64,000 bases of DNA from Chthoniobacteraceae bacterium (GTDB taxonomy: Bacteria; Verrucomicrobiota; Verrucomicrobiia; Chthoniobacterales; Chthoniobacteraceae), in contig JANNWY010000316.1 in NCBI GenBank assembly GCA_031409335.1, forward strand, positions 1 through 64,000. Direction: 5' to 3'. This document shows, one piece after another, positions 8,788 through 18,008 of this stretch; positions within the stretch are counted from its first letter, which is position 1, and every line of letters begins with the position of its first letter. The notes under the pieces are model-generated. The model made no database searches, had not been told where the DNA came from, and saw only the letters and a program-made list of their open reading frames with translations. Position numbers and translations under genes: made by a program.

Positions 8788-10389
8788 TTATCGTTTGGCG
8801 TCGCCGATTTGGATTTGTGAATCCATCAGCTTCCGCAGCGCGCCGATGGCAACACTGGCATCCGGCGTTCCCCAGATGGCGACCTCGAGGCGGCGCTGGC
8901 CGCGGTGCCGTTTGCCCGCGAGGGCGGCGACGAAGCGCGAGGAAATGCTGTTGTCTTCGCGCACCCGCGTTTGCGATTCGCCGCGGCGGACATCCTCGAC
9001 GAGGCAATTGAAAACGAAGACATCACGCGGACCGTCGAGGAAATGGTAGGCATCGACTGGGAGCGAAACCTCTCCGCGCGAAAGATCCAGAGTGGGCAGG
9101 CTTGCGACTTCCCTCATGCCGACGGCGGCGAGGCACGCGCGGGGATCGTGGACGCCGACGGTTTGAGCAGAGTTGCGGCCTGGCAGCCACCGGAAGTACA
9201 GCGCCTGCCATCGCAGCCCGGATTCGTCGCGCCATTTCCCGCCGTAGCCTTCGTCGAAGCGAAGATCGGCGCGGATGCGCGGCGCGATCGTGGTTCTTTC
9301 AAATCCGGGCCGGTCGATCGGCAGGCGGAACCGCCATGGCGCGAGCGGAACGTCGGAACGTTCATGCAGCCGGAACCATGTCTCAGTGAGGAGAAGGCCC
9401 GCGACGAGAATGGCAATGCCCGCCGCCGCGGGTGTCGCAAGGTCGCGGAGCCGTCGGGCGATCCGGGCTGCATCGACGCGTGGTGACGGAGCGGTAACTG
9501 CGCTGGCGTTAGCGCGGCGATGCAGGAGCCATGCCGTCGCACCGACCAGCAGCGAGCAGATGACTAGAACCGTGTAACCTGCCGTGTCGTGTGACGCTTC
9601 CATGGCGACCAGGCCTTGTCGGTCGGCGATCCAGCCGAGCACGGCGGTGCGGACGACATTCGTCACCAGCGCCCATGCTGCGCCGGCGAGTAGAAGCGCA
9701 ACCCTTCGCGTCCAGGTGAATGACAGGATTTCACCCAGAAACAGCGTAAGCATCAGCGTGCCCTGAAGGGACCGGATGCCACTGCACGCCTCATCCACAC
9801 CGAGCGTGCCGGAGGGAAGTGCGATGAGATTTCCCCGCGCTTGCGCCTCGATGCCGAACCAATGGAGCACTTCGACTGAGAGCCTGGCGTTGTGCTGCAT
9901 CAGCCAGCTCATCCCGCCTTCTTCCATCTGCCGCCAAAGCGGGACTGCGGTGAAAAAAAACAGCACGGGAAAGATGAAATGACGAAGCCATCGACGGCCA
10001 CCGGCCTGCCAGAAGCCAAGCAGTGTCGCTGCGGCAGCCAGCGAGGCAAGCACCCATCCCATCGAGCGCCATTGCATGTTTGCCTCGCGCAGCGGCATGC
10101 AAACCACGGAGGCGATCGCGAGAGTGGCGATGACCCAATAGGTCTGCGCCACAGCGGGGCGAGGATCCGGCGGCGGACATTGCTCAAAGCGCACCTTTAC
10201 CAAGTAAAGCGCGAGTAAAGGCACGAGCCACCCATAGTGATATTGCTCATTGATCGTCCAGTCAGGCGCGAGATGTCTGATCGCCTGAATCCAACAGGCC
10301 AGAACGAACGCAGGCAGCACCCACACCTTCCAGCGTTGCACCTTTCCGTTCTCCAATGTTTCAGGCTTGGTGGTTGCGTTCACAGGCAT
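8788..10389 (-). CDS. Exosortase/archaeosortase-family transpeptidase with C-terminal EpsI-like domain
   Basis: W...EQYHYGWLVP, multi-TM, ACSGIRSL catalytic Cys, N.VR and HD..G residues; C-terminal H.P..CL...G domain. Confidence 0.88.
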   Translation of the reverse strand: MPVNATTKPETLENGKVQRWKVWVLPAFVLACWIQAIRHLAPDWTINEQYHYGWLVPLLALYLVKVRFEQCPPPDPRPAVAQTYWVIATLAIASVVCMPLREANMQWRSMGWVLASLAAAATLLGFWQAGGRRWLRHFIFPVLFFFTAVPLWRQMEEGGMSWLMQHNARLSVEVLHWFGIEAQARGNLIALPSGTLGVDEACSGIRSLQGTLMLTLFLGEILSFTWTRRVALLLAGAAWALVTNVVRTAVLGWIADRQGLVAMEASHDTAGYTVLVICSLLVGATAWLLHRRANASAVTAPSPRVDAARIARRLRDLATPAAAGIAILVAGLLLTETWFRLHERSDVPLAPWRFRLPIDRPGFERTTIAPRIRADLRFDEGYGGKWRDESGLRWQALYFRWLPGRNSAQTVGVHDPRACLAAVGMREVASLPTLDLSRGEVSLPVDAYHFLDGPRDVFVFNCLVEDVRRGESQTRVREDNSISSRFVAALAGKRHRGQRRLEVAIWGTPDASVAIGALRKLMDSQIQIGDAKR

Positions 10390-10485
10390 CGTTGTATGCC
10401 GCGATTGTTCCTTGTTTCCGAAGGATCGCACAAGTGGAAGTTCCGCCACCCACCCGCGAGGGCATTCCAAAAGCCAGCCGGAAAG

Positions 10486-11382
10486 CTACCGGATGTAATC
10501 CAGCAGTGACATGCTGAGAATCCGGGAGCCGCTCTGCAATGCTGCCTGATAAGCCGTCTGAGCTTGCGTGAGCTGCACCACCGTCGAAGGCAGATCCACG
10601 TCCGTCTCCGCCGCGCTGAGTCGGTCGAGTTCTTCAAACCGCGATTCATTCTGCATGCGATCCGCTTCCAGCCGGGTCTGCTTCGCACCCACGCCACTCA
10701 TCGTCACCAGAAAGTCATCTTCGCTCGCCTCCAGCGCAGGCCGCGTCGCCTGCACCGCCGCGCCGGTCCCGGTCTCCAGCGCATCGCGCAGGTTCACGAG
10801 ATTGTTCATGAAATCCGCGAGCTTTTGGTTTTCCGCGCCGGTGGTGAACGGCGAGAGCTTTGCTCCTTCCGAAATCCGAATCTCCGCCCCGGCTGCCGCG
10901 CCGTTGTAGGCAATCGCCGTGATCTTACCGGTCGCATCCCGCGTCGCCGCGAAGGGTGTCAGATCGCTCCGCGTCCCGCCAAAAAGATGCTCGCCCGAAT
11001 ACTTCGTGTTCGCCGTTTGCAGTGCCTGCTCGATCATTTGATCCGCCTCCTTGGCATAGGCACCCAGTGCATCCACTCCGCTGGTCCCCACGCCGAGGAC
11101 GGCAATTTCACCCGCCCGATCCGAGGTTTCCTTCAATTGCTTGAGTGCTGAAAAACTCGATTGGCTGACGTTCAGCGCGCGATCGTGATTGCGGGAAAAC
11201 TGCTGGATCTCGCGCTTCTCGCCTTGCAACCGCAGCACGCGCGCGATCGCCGCCGGATCATCGCTCGGGTCCGTGATGCGCTGCCCCGTCGCCACTTGCC
11301 GCTGCAGCTTTGATTGCCTCCCCGTGAGGTCTTGCAGTTGCGAGACCAGTGACGTGGAAAAATGGTTCGTTGGGATGCGCAT
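10486..11382 (-). CDS. flgL: Flagellar hook-associated protein 3
   Basis: QVATGQRITDPSDDP flagellin-like N-terminus; ANTKYSGEHLFGG; C-terminal YQAALQS..RILSMSLLDYI. Confidence 0.92.
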   Translation of the reverse strand: MRIPTNHFSTSLVSQLQDLTGRQSKLQRQVATGQRITDPSDDPAAIARVLRLQGEKREIQQFSRNHDRALNVSQSSFSALKQLKETSDRAGEIAVLGVGTSGVDALGAYAKEADQMIEQALQTANTKYSGEHLFGGTRSDLTPFAATRDATGKITAIAYNGAAAGAEIRISEGAKLSPFTTGAENQKLADFMNNLVNLRDALETGTGAAVQATRPALEASEDDFLVTMSGVGAKQTRLEADRMQNESRFEELDRLSAAETDVDLPSTVVQLTQAQTAYQAALQSGSRILSMSLLDYIR

Positions 11383-11391
11383 GGGCTGATC

Positions 11392-12807
11392 TTACCGGAG
11401 CATGTTATTGATCAACCCATCCAGCATCTCGTCGATCACACGCACCACGCGCGCGGATGCCTGGTAGGAACGCTGAAACTTCATCAGGTCCGCCATTTCC
11501 TCGTCCAACGAAACGGAACTGACCGAGTCGCGATTCCTCGTCGTCATCTCCTCGATCAGTTGCTGGTCGTCGAGCTGGGTATTGGTGCCATTGAGTGACT
11601 CGCCGAGGCCACTCACCGTTTTGGTAAAGAAGCCGCTGATCGTGCCATCGATCGAATCTCCCGCACCCGTTGAGAACGTGGATCGGCCGATGTCCGCAAC
11701 CGCCAGGGCCACTTCATTTGCCCCGGCATCCGCAGTGGCAGTGGCCTTCAAAGTCGTAAAGCTCAACGTCGGATCGAGAGCGAGCAGGCCACTCGCGGGC
11801 GGCACCTGAAAGAAGTTCGATCCGGTCGCGCCATAGGCCGCGTTCACTCCCAAAGCCACCTGGTCCGCCGTCCGTTTCAGATCGTCACGGAGTTGCTGAA
11901 TCGCACCATCGCGCACTAACAACTGCCCTTTCAAAACGCCACCCTGCAATCCCAATGGGATGGGAGGAGTTCCCGCGGAGATTTGTGTTCCATTAAAGGA
12001 TAGCGCTCCAGGCACTGATACCTTGTCCACCAGTGTTAAATCGGCCCCGACCGAGTCTTTCGCCACGACTTGGATTTGGCCAAACCCACCCGGAATATCG
12101 CGAGCGGTAAAGTCGATATACTTAGACAATTCCTCGAGCCGCGTCTGGCGTTGATCGCGCAGATTCAGCGCGGACGAGGGATTGCTGATCTCGAACTTTT
12201 GGATTTCGCCGTTCAAATCAGCGATCTGCTTCAGCAGCGAATTCGCCTTGTCAGTCCCCACGCGGACCTCTTCCGTCAGGTCGCTCTGGAGAGCGATCAG
12301 CCGCTGGTCGGTGACATTGAATTTGTTGACCAGTGTGTCTGCTTTTTGCAGGAGCACCTGCTTCGCCCCCGCGTCGAGGGGACTTGCAGCGAGTTCATCG
12401 AAGGCATTGAAAAAGTCATTCAGTCCCGCGCCAATTCCGTTGGTCGAGCTCGCCGCCGTCGCGATGGAAGCGGAGTCAAGCGAACGGTCCACCCGCTCGC
12501 CAAGCGCAGTCTGCGCGCGCTGAAGGCCGCTCTGCTGCGCCTGAAGCAACCCGGTCTGCGCAGCCTCACGTGTTACCGCCGCGTCGAGAAACTGATCGCG
12601 AATCTGCTTAACTGCCAGCACCTCGACACCGTTGCCAATCGGTCCCAGCTTCGTATCGACATTGACGCGGTCACCGAGCTCGATCCGCTGCCGCGCATAA
12701 GCCGGGTTGTTGATGTTCGCCAGGTTGCGTCCAGCCACCTCGACGCCAGCCTGCTGGGCCCCGAGGGCTTTGGTTGCTTGTAGAAGATTTCCGATCAGAC
12801 CAGACAT
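11392..12807 (-). CDS. flgK: Flagellar hook-associated protein 1
   Basis: NLANINNPAYARQR, G.GV....IRD.FL, LRDQR, SSVSLDEEMADLMKFQRSYQASAR. Confidence 0.93.
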   Translation of the reverse strand: MSGLIGNLLQATKALGAQQAGVEVAGRNLANINNPAYARQRIELGDRVNVDTKLGPIGNGVEVLAVKQIRDQFLDAAVTREAAQTGLLQAQQSGLQRAQTALGERVDRSLDSASIATAASSTNGIGAGLNDFFNAFDELAASPLDAGAKQVLLQKADTLVNKFNVTDQRLIALQSDLTEEVRVGTDKANSLLKQIADLNGEIQKFEISNPSSALNLRDQRQTRLEELSKYIDFTARDIPGGFGQIQVVAKDSVGADLTLVDKVSVPGALSFNGTQISAGTPPIPLGLQGGVLKGQLLVRDGAIQQLRDDLKRTADQVALGVNAAYGATGSNFFQVPPASGLLALDPTLSFTTLKATATADAGANEVALAVADIGRSTFSTGAGDSIDGTISGFFTKTVSGLGESLNGTNTQLDDQQLIEEMTTRNRDSVSSVSLDEEMADLMKFQRSYQASARVVRVIDEMLDGLINNMLR

Positions 12808-12812
12808 ATAAT

Positions 12813-13331
12813 TCAGCTATGCTCCAGTAGTCGGCTAGCACCGGTTGCCGCTTTAATCTTCATTTTGCCATTCTGCGCATAGGTCCGGCTGACACCGCCG
12901 GGTTTGAGCTTCTCGCAGAGTTTCTGCGTTACCTCGATAGTGCGCGCCAGCAGCATTTGATTTTGCTCGGCCCGGCGGCGCACCTTCCCGATCAAGCGAT
13001 TCACCTCGGACGCGAGAGCCTCGATCAGCGGGCGCATCGGTTGGGGAAAAAGCAGGATCGATTGCAGCAGCGTCGGATGCGGATTAGCATCGGGTGTCAG
13101 GGCGATGACCAGACTCTCCCGATGCACACGGCGCGCGCGCACCGTTGCGAACTGGGCGTCGATTGCCTGCTCGGCAGCGGTCACATCGTCAGGCTTCCGA
13201 TTGAGGATCGCGTTCTGTTGCTGGTCGAACAAGTTCAACAAACCACCGTACTCCTGCATTTCTGCACGGAGCGCTTCGATGATTTGTTCATGCCGATTTG
13301 GAATCGCGACGGACTCTTCAAGGTTTAACAT
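12813..13331 (-). CDS. flgN: FlgN-like flagellar export chaperone
   Basis: Helical 172 aa between flgJ and flgK; N..LL and TY..NG C-terminal pattern. Confidence 0.7.
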   Translation of the reverse strand: MLNLEESVAIPNRHEQIIEALRAEMQEYGGLLNLFDQQQNAILNRKPDDVTAAEQAIDAQFATVRARRVHRESLVIALTPDANPHPTLLQSILLFPQPMRPLIEALASEVNRLIGKVRRRAEQNQMLLARTIEVTQKLCEKLKPGGVSRTYAQNGKMKIKAATGASRLLEHS

Positions 13332-13617
13332 TTTTCTCCTCGTTGCCGAGTTGTGCTTGAATGACAGAGCATAGTCCGAGCCCGCCCCCCTTGCTGATGC
13401 TGTCGGCGAGTGAGTCCGTCAGCATGTAGCCATAGACCTGCCCGGATGGTCCGTTCTCCAGCAGCGATTTCATCGACTCGGCAAGAAACTGGCGCAGCAG
13501 AATGCTCTCGAATTGCTGGGATGCCTTCCTCGCCTCCTCCGATTGTTTCGCCCCGCCGGGATTTGCGACAGGCTGTGTTGCCAGAGTGGATGAACCGATC
13601 GGCGCGATGGGCGTCAT
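13318..13617 (-). CDS. flgJ: Rod-binding protein (single-domain FlgJ)
   Basis: ASQQFESILLRQFL..M, ML...LAD.IS.GGGLGL; no muramidase domain. Confidence 0.8.
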   Translation of the reverse strand: MTPIAPIGSSTLATQPVANPGGAKQSEEARKASQQFESILLRQFLAESMKSLLENGPSGQVYGYMLTDSLADSISKGGGLGLCSVIQAQLGNEEKNVKP

Positions 13618-14816
13618 TAGTTGAGAATTAGATCGGCCTGGAGCGCGCCCGCTCGTTTCATACTCTGAAAAATCGCCATCATGTCCCGTGTGGTCAGTCC
13701 CAGGGCATTCATGGCAGACGCCACCTGCTGAATCGTCGGCGGCTCCTCCAGAACCGTGAAACCGCCTTTTTGTTCGGACGCCTTGGTCTCTGTTCCTGGA
13801 ACGATTGCCGTTTCGCCGCGTGGACTGAACGAGTTCGGCTGGCTTACTCCCAAGGTCGAGGCAATTGTGATCGTCAGGGAGCCATGACTCACTGCCACGG
13901 TGGAGATACGCACATTCGATGTCGCGATGATCGTGCCAGTTCGTTCATTGATGACTACTCTGGCGATGTTGTCCGGCTGCATTTCGATGCCACCGAGCGA
14001 TGCGATAAAATTGACTTCGTAGCCTCGATACTCATCCGGCACGCACACATTGACCGCCGACGCATTCTTCGCGAGAGCCGTCCCGGGAAAGACGTTGTTG
14101 ATCGCCTCCGCCATGCGTGCCGCCGACGCATAGTCTGCGCTGAGCAACAACAGTTCGACAGTCTTATCGCGAACGATTTGCGTGGCGATTTCGCGCTCGA
14201 CCAATGCACCGCCGCTGATCGCACCCACGGTAGGATGGTTCTTCTGCACCGTCGCCCCGCCGGGACCACCTTCGCCCCCAAGAAACCCTCCGACTGCCAG
14301 CGCGCCTTGTGCGACGGCATAGACCATTTCGTCCGCTCCGAGTAGCGGAGTCTGGAGTAGAATTCCTCCCTGTATCGTTTTCGCGTCGCCGATTGAGGAG
14401 ATTGTTACATCAATCCTCGAACCCGGCTTGCTGAACGCCGGAATGTCTGCCGTCACCATCACCGCCGCGACATTGTCCGATTTGATGGCATTTGGCGGGA
14501 CATTGACGCCAAATCGCTGAAGCGAATTCGCGATGCTCTGCACGGTGTAAGACAGCTTGCTATCTCCCTTTCCGGCCAGTCCGACGACCAGTCCATACCC
14601 GACGAGTTGGTTGTCGCGGCCCCCTTCGACTAAGCTGACGTCTTTGATCCTCGCCGACTTAGCGATCGCCGTGAGGCAGTATGCAACCAGTAGAGCGAGC
14701 AGCATTCTCACGCCGAATCCGGTCAGATGGACATTCCGGCGCGCAGCCGGGCTTTTCGTGAATGCGAAGCGATGATACGGCACAAGAATTGAAGGAGGCA
14801 TCTGAGTATTAGGCAT
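13617..14816 (-). CDS. flgI: Flagellar P-ring protein
   Basis: RIKD...G.RDNQLVGYGLVVGL.G.GD, NVAAVMVTA, RVVINERTGT, AGALQADL. Start may be as far downstream as 14705. Confidence 0.95.
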   Translation of the reverse strand: MPNTQMPPSILVPYHRFAFTKSPAARRNVHLTGFGVRMLLALLVAYCLTAIAKSARIKDVSLVEGGRDNQLVGYGLVVGLAGKGDSKLSYTVQSIANSLQRFGVNVPPNAIKSDNVAAVMVTADIPAFSKPGSRIDVTISSIGDAKTIQGGILLQTPLLGADEMVYAVAQGALAVGGFLGGEGGPGGATVQKNHPTVGAISGGALVEREIATQIVRDKTVELLLLSADYASAARMAEAINNVFPGTALAKNASAVNVCVPDEYRGYEVNFIASLGGIEMQPDNIARVVINERTGTIIATSNVRISTVAVSHGSLTITIASTLGVSQPNSFSPRGETAIVPGTETKASEQKGGFTVLEEPPTIQQVASAMNALGLTTRDMMAIFQSMKRAGALQADLILN

Positions 14817-14817
14817 T

Positions 14818-15501
14818 TCAAAACGGATTGATTTTGTCGTTTAGGCGAAGCAACCAACCCTTCTTTTGCGACTCGGTAAGAGTGCCTTCGGATACAATTT
14901 CAATGCGCGCATCAGCGACATTGCTGGAGAGAACTGTGTTGTCCGCGCCAATGTCGTATGTCCGTACGACGCCACGAAAGGAAGCGAACTGCCGCTCTTT
15001 GGTGAAGGACACTTGGCGGACCCCTTCAAGGACAAGATTGCCGTTTGGAAGTGTGTCAATCACCTGCACCGCACATCGTGTGGCAATGGTTTGGCTGTTC
15101 TTGATCTCACCTCCTCCACTGTAGGTATTGCTGCCATCGACCACCTGTGGGGGCGGGGCAGGCAGGGTAACACCCGCCGGGAGATTCTTTTGGATGTCCT
15201 TCGTCAAGGTATGATTCGGGATATTCCCAAGAAACTGATTCAACACACTGCTCGCCGTACCGATCACACTCGATTTGGCGTCCTTGTCAGTTTTCAAACG
15301 CAGAGTATTCGAGACCGACGCCGTTTCTTGAACGACGATCGTCACGATGTCGCCAACCCGTTTCGCGCGCTTGTCGGCAAACATGCCGCGCTCATCCGTG
15401 ATTCCATCGCGCCATAGTGAACCGGCAACGCTGGATGAAGTCAGCAGCAATAGGACTAGCAGCGTACGGTTGCTAGAAGTGAACCTGGACTTTGTTTTCA
15501 T
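14818..15501 (-). CDS. flgH: Flagellar L-ring protein
   Basis: FADKRA..VGDIVTI, LPNGNL..EG, G.VR..DI..DN.V.S..VADARI, GWL...PF. Confidence 0.92.
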   Translation of the reverse strand: MKTKSRFTSSNRTLLVLLLLTSSSVAGSLWRDGITDERGMFADKRAKRVGDIVTIVVQETASVSNTLRLKTDKDAKSSVIGTASSVLNQFLGNIPNHTLTKDIQKNLPAGVTLPAPPPQVVDGSNTYSGGGEIKNSQTIATRCAVQVIDTLPNGNLVLEGVRQVSFTKERQFASFRGVVRTYDIGADNTVLSSNVADARIEIVSEGTLTESQKKGWLLRLNDKINPF

Positions 15502-16273
15502 TGAGAATCTGGCCGCTGAACTCCTTGCGGCTTTCGATGTTGCGTAACTTGATAAGGCTGCCACTGGCACCACTTTCCAATGCCAGGGCTTTCATCCTGA
15601 TGGCAAGTTGTCCATGATGGGCAATCACTTCCACAACCTGGCCTCGTCGAACGATCGGGCGTTCGATGACATCGCGCCGGGTGATGCATCGACCGGCTGC
15701 AATTGGTTGCACGGCATCAAATGCGGAAGGATCCACATCGGCAAGAAGCGGCGGCTGGCGCTCCCGAAGAACGTCCACTTTGCTAGTTGTGAGGAGCGTA
15801 CGATCCAGTGACTGCCCGCGTTCGACGCGATCCGCGGCAGTCCAAACCTCCTGAAATAGCTGCGCACGAAGCGAGATCGGCAAATCGGCGACCGCGGCTT
15901 CGCCAGATGTAATCCTGACGCGAATGACAAAAGTGCCGGCGATGCCCGCGCTGGGGCTTTCCGTAATCGCCAACGCGAAATCAGACGCGGGTAACTTCAG
16001 CGGCTGCCACTGTTGAGCCAGCGTGAGTTTGAGATCTCCACTCAAAGAGAGTCGCGCACCCAGTTCCTTTTCAAGTTCGACGATAAGAACGTCCGCGCCC
16101 AGCGTAGTGGACAAAGTCTGACCGACGGATGCGGAATGGCGGATTGCTGGCGCTGCCACATCGGGCGGCTGGGCAGCAATCGGGGCGAGAAGCCTGTCTA
16201 GCGGCCCTTGCGCCAGCGCGGGCAGGACGAAAATGCCCAATAGAGTTAGAATCACCCGTTGTGTGGCATTCAT
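15473..16273 (-). CDS. flgA: Flagellar basal-body P-ring formation chaperone
   Basis: Signal peptide; SAF-like region; VRRGQ.V....ALESG..G..I..RN..S.K. Confidence 0.85.
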   Translation of the reverse strand: MNATQRVILTLLGIFVLPALAQGPLDRLLAPIAAQPPDVAAPAIRHSASVGQTLSTTLGADVLIVELEKELGARLSLSGDLKLTLAQQWQPLKLPASDFALAITESPSAGIAGTFVIRVRITSGEAAVADLPISLRAQLFQEVWTAADRVERGQSLDRTLLTTSKVDVLRERQPPLLADVDPSAFDAVQPIAAGRCITRRDVIERPIVRRGQVVEVIAHHGQLAIRMKALALESGASGSLIKLRNIESRKEFSGQILNENKVQVHF

Positions 16274-17052
16274 CGTTTGAGCTGGGCGATATTCTCCAGC
16301 ATTTGGTCGGAGGTTTGGATGCTCTTCGAGTTGATCTCATACGCTCGCTGCGCTTGAATCATGTTCACCATTTCTTCGACGATGTTTACATTCGAGGTTT
16401 CAAGAAAGCCCTGAAGCAGCGAGCCGTATCCGTCTTCACCTGGATTGCCCTGTTCGACCGTCCCACTGGCTAGAGTCTCTTCATAAAGATTGCCGCCGAG
16501 GCTTCGCAGGCCGGCTGGGTTTGCAAAGCGGGATAGTTGAACGCGAAAATTCTGTGAACCGCCTGATCCGGTTGTCGTCACTTCACCTCCGGCTGAAATC
16601 GACACGGCGGTGGTCCCCGAGGCAATCGGTTGAAATCCGCTGAGAACCAACAGGCCATCACTGGTGGATATCCGGCCCTGCCCATCCACCTTGAGACCCC
16701 CGTCCCGGGTATAGGCAAGGTTGCCATCCGGTTTTTGCACTTGGATGAAACCTTCGCCCTGAATCGCGAGATCAAACTTTTCGCCAGTTTGTTTTACCTG
16801 GCCCTGATTGAATACCTTCGACGTGGATACAACCCTGCTGCCGTTTCCGACCTCGATTCCAGTTGGCACGACGTTGCCGCCTCCGGCCTCGGCACCCACA
16901 GCGCGCGGTTTTTGGTAGATGAGATCCTGGAATTCGATCTTGCTGCGTTTGAAGCCTGTAGTGTTCGCGTTCGCGAGGTTGTTCGCGATGGTGTTCAAGT
17001 TGAGCTGCTGCGCTTCCATGCCGGTCGCGCCTGAGTAGAGGGATTGGATCAT
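16270..17052 (-). CDS. flgG: Flagellar distal rod protein
   Basis: SLY..ATGM.AQQ..L.TIANNLAN.NT.GFK, FQDL.YQ, YTRDG, LE.SNVN.VEEMV.MI.AQRAYE.NSK. Confidence 0.95.
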   Translation of the reverse strand: MIQSLYSGATGMEAQQLNLNTIANNLANANTTGFKRSKIEFQDLIYQKPRAVGAEAGGGNVVPTGIEVGNGSRVVSTSKVFNQGQVKQTGEKFDLAIQGEGFIQVQKPDGNLAYTRDGGLKVDGQGRISTSDGLLVLSGFQPIASGTTAVSISAGGEVTTTGSGGSQNFRVQLSRFANPAGLRSLGGNLYEETLASGTVEQGNPGEDGYGSLLQGFLETSNVNIVEEMVNMIQAQRAYEINSKSIQTSDQMLENIAQLKR

Positions 17053-17058
17053 TTGCTT

Positions 17059-17814
17059 TTACGCGATGGGGTTTCCGAGTGATTGGATCGCTTTCTCCAT
17101 GGTATCGTCATTGGCCAAAATCAGCCTTTGGTTTGCTTCGTAGGCGCGCGACAGCGTGATGAGGTTCACCATTTCGCGCAGTGGGGAAACGTTGCTACTT
17201 TCCAAGGCACCGCCAACTACGCTGGGTCGTTCCACAGTTGTTGGCAGAGTGCCCGGATCGGCCGGTGCGAAGAGGCCGTCAGCGATCCGGCGGAGCTTCG
17301 ATGGGTCGGCGAAATCGAAGATTGCGATCTTACCGATCGCAGTCTCGCCTTGAACGATGGTGCCTTCTTCATTGATGGAGATGCGGCCACCACCCGGTCT
17401 CAGCGTGATCGGCCCACTGTCTCCCATCACTGGGTGGCCTTTTGAGGTTGTAATCGTCCTTTCGGGACTAAGCCGAAACTGCCCGTTGCGAGTATAGCCC
17501 GTTTGGCCGTCGGGCGATTGGATCTGAAAGAAGCCCGGCCCTTGAATGGCAAAGTCCAACTCATTGCCAGTCGAGTTCAGTTCGCCTTGTGCCAGGTTGA
17601 TATGGGCGCTTTGGCGAGGCATTGACGTGCTGTTTTCTTTTCCAAATCCTCCGCCTGCTCCACTCTGCTTGACGCCGCCCAACACCGCATCGAAGGCCAT
17701 TTCAGTCTTTTTGAATCCAGGCAGCGAGGATGCGTTGATGTTTTGCGAAAGCGTTTCCTGCCAGCGTTCGAGTGCGGCAAGCGATGAGGCGCCTTGGTAG
17801 AGCCCGATGTTCAT
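17059..17814 (-). CDS. flgF: Flagellar proximal rod protein (FlgF/FlgE/G family)
   Basis: PGFK, TGNELDFAIQGPGFF, YTRNGQF, LESSNV..REMV..I...RAYEANQ; lies upstream of flgG. Confidence 0.85.
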   Translation of the reverse strand: MNIGLYQGASSLAALERWQETLSQNINASSLPGFKKTEMAFDAVLGGVKQSGAGGGFGKENSTSMPRQSAHINLAQGELNSTGNELDFAIQGPGFFQIQSPDGQTGYTRNGQFRLSPERTITTSKGHPVMGDSGPITLRPGGGRISINEEGTIVQGETAIGKIAIFDFADPSKLRRIADGLFAPADPGTLPTTVERPSVVGGALESSNVSPLREMVNLITLSRAYEANQRLILANDDTMEKAIQSLGNPIA

Positions 17815-17827
17815 ACTCGCTATGCTT

Positions 17828-17843
17828 AGCACGGGTAATGCCA
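17828..17843 (-). promoter_or_regulatory. Sigma54 (-24/-12) promoter of the flg operon
   Basis: Minus strand TGGCATTACCCGTGCT = GG-N10-GC with TGGCA, 13 bp upstream of the flgF ATG. Confidence 0.75.
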
Positions 17844-17897
17844 TTGCTTTCGCGCACTGATGCATGCTGCTATTAGAGGCGCAGGCGCCGTCGAGCC

Positions 17898-17924
17898 GGC
17901 ACTTGTTGCCCGGCAATTCTTGCC
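17898..17924. promoter_or_regulatory. Tandem GGCA-N5-TGCC palindromes; candidate enhancer (bEBP) sites
   Basis: GGCACTTGTTGCC and GGCAATTCTTGCC lie adjacent, upstream of the sigma54 site. Confidence 0.5.
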
Positions 17925-18008
17925 CACGAACGAAGCCGCCTTCCTCGCCAGCCAGACTTCTCGATTTTCTTCTTCAAAATGTACGATAGGAGTTCACGAC
18001 CTGTGAAA

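Noticed and set aside
13318..13617. flgJ as a truncated pseudogene
   Set aside because: Single-domain rod-binding FlgJ is a known form, and the gene is tightly coupled to its neighbours.
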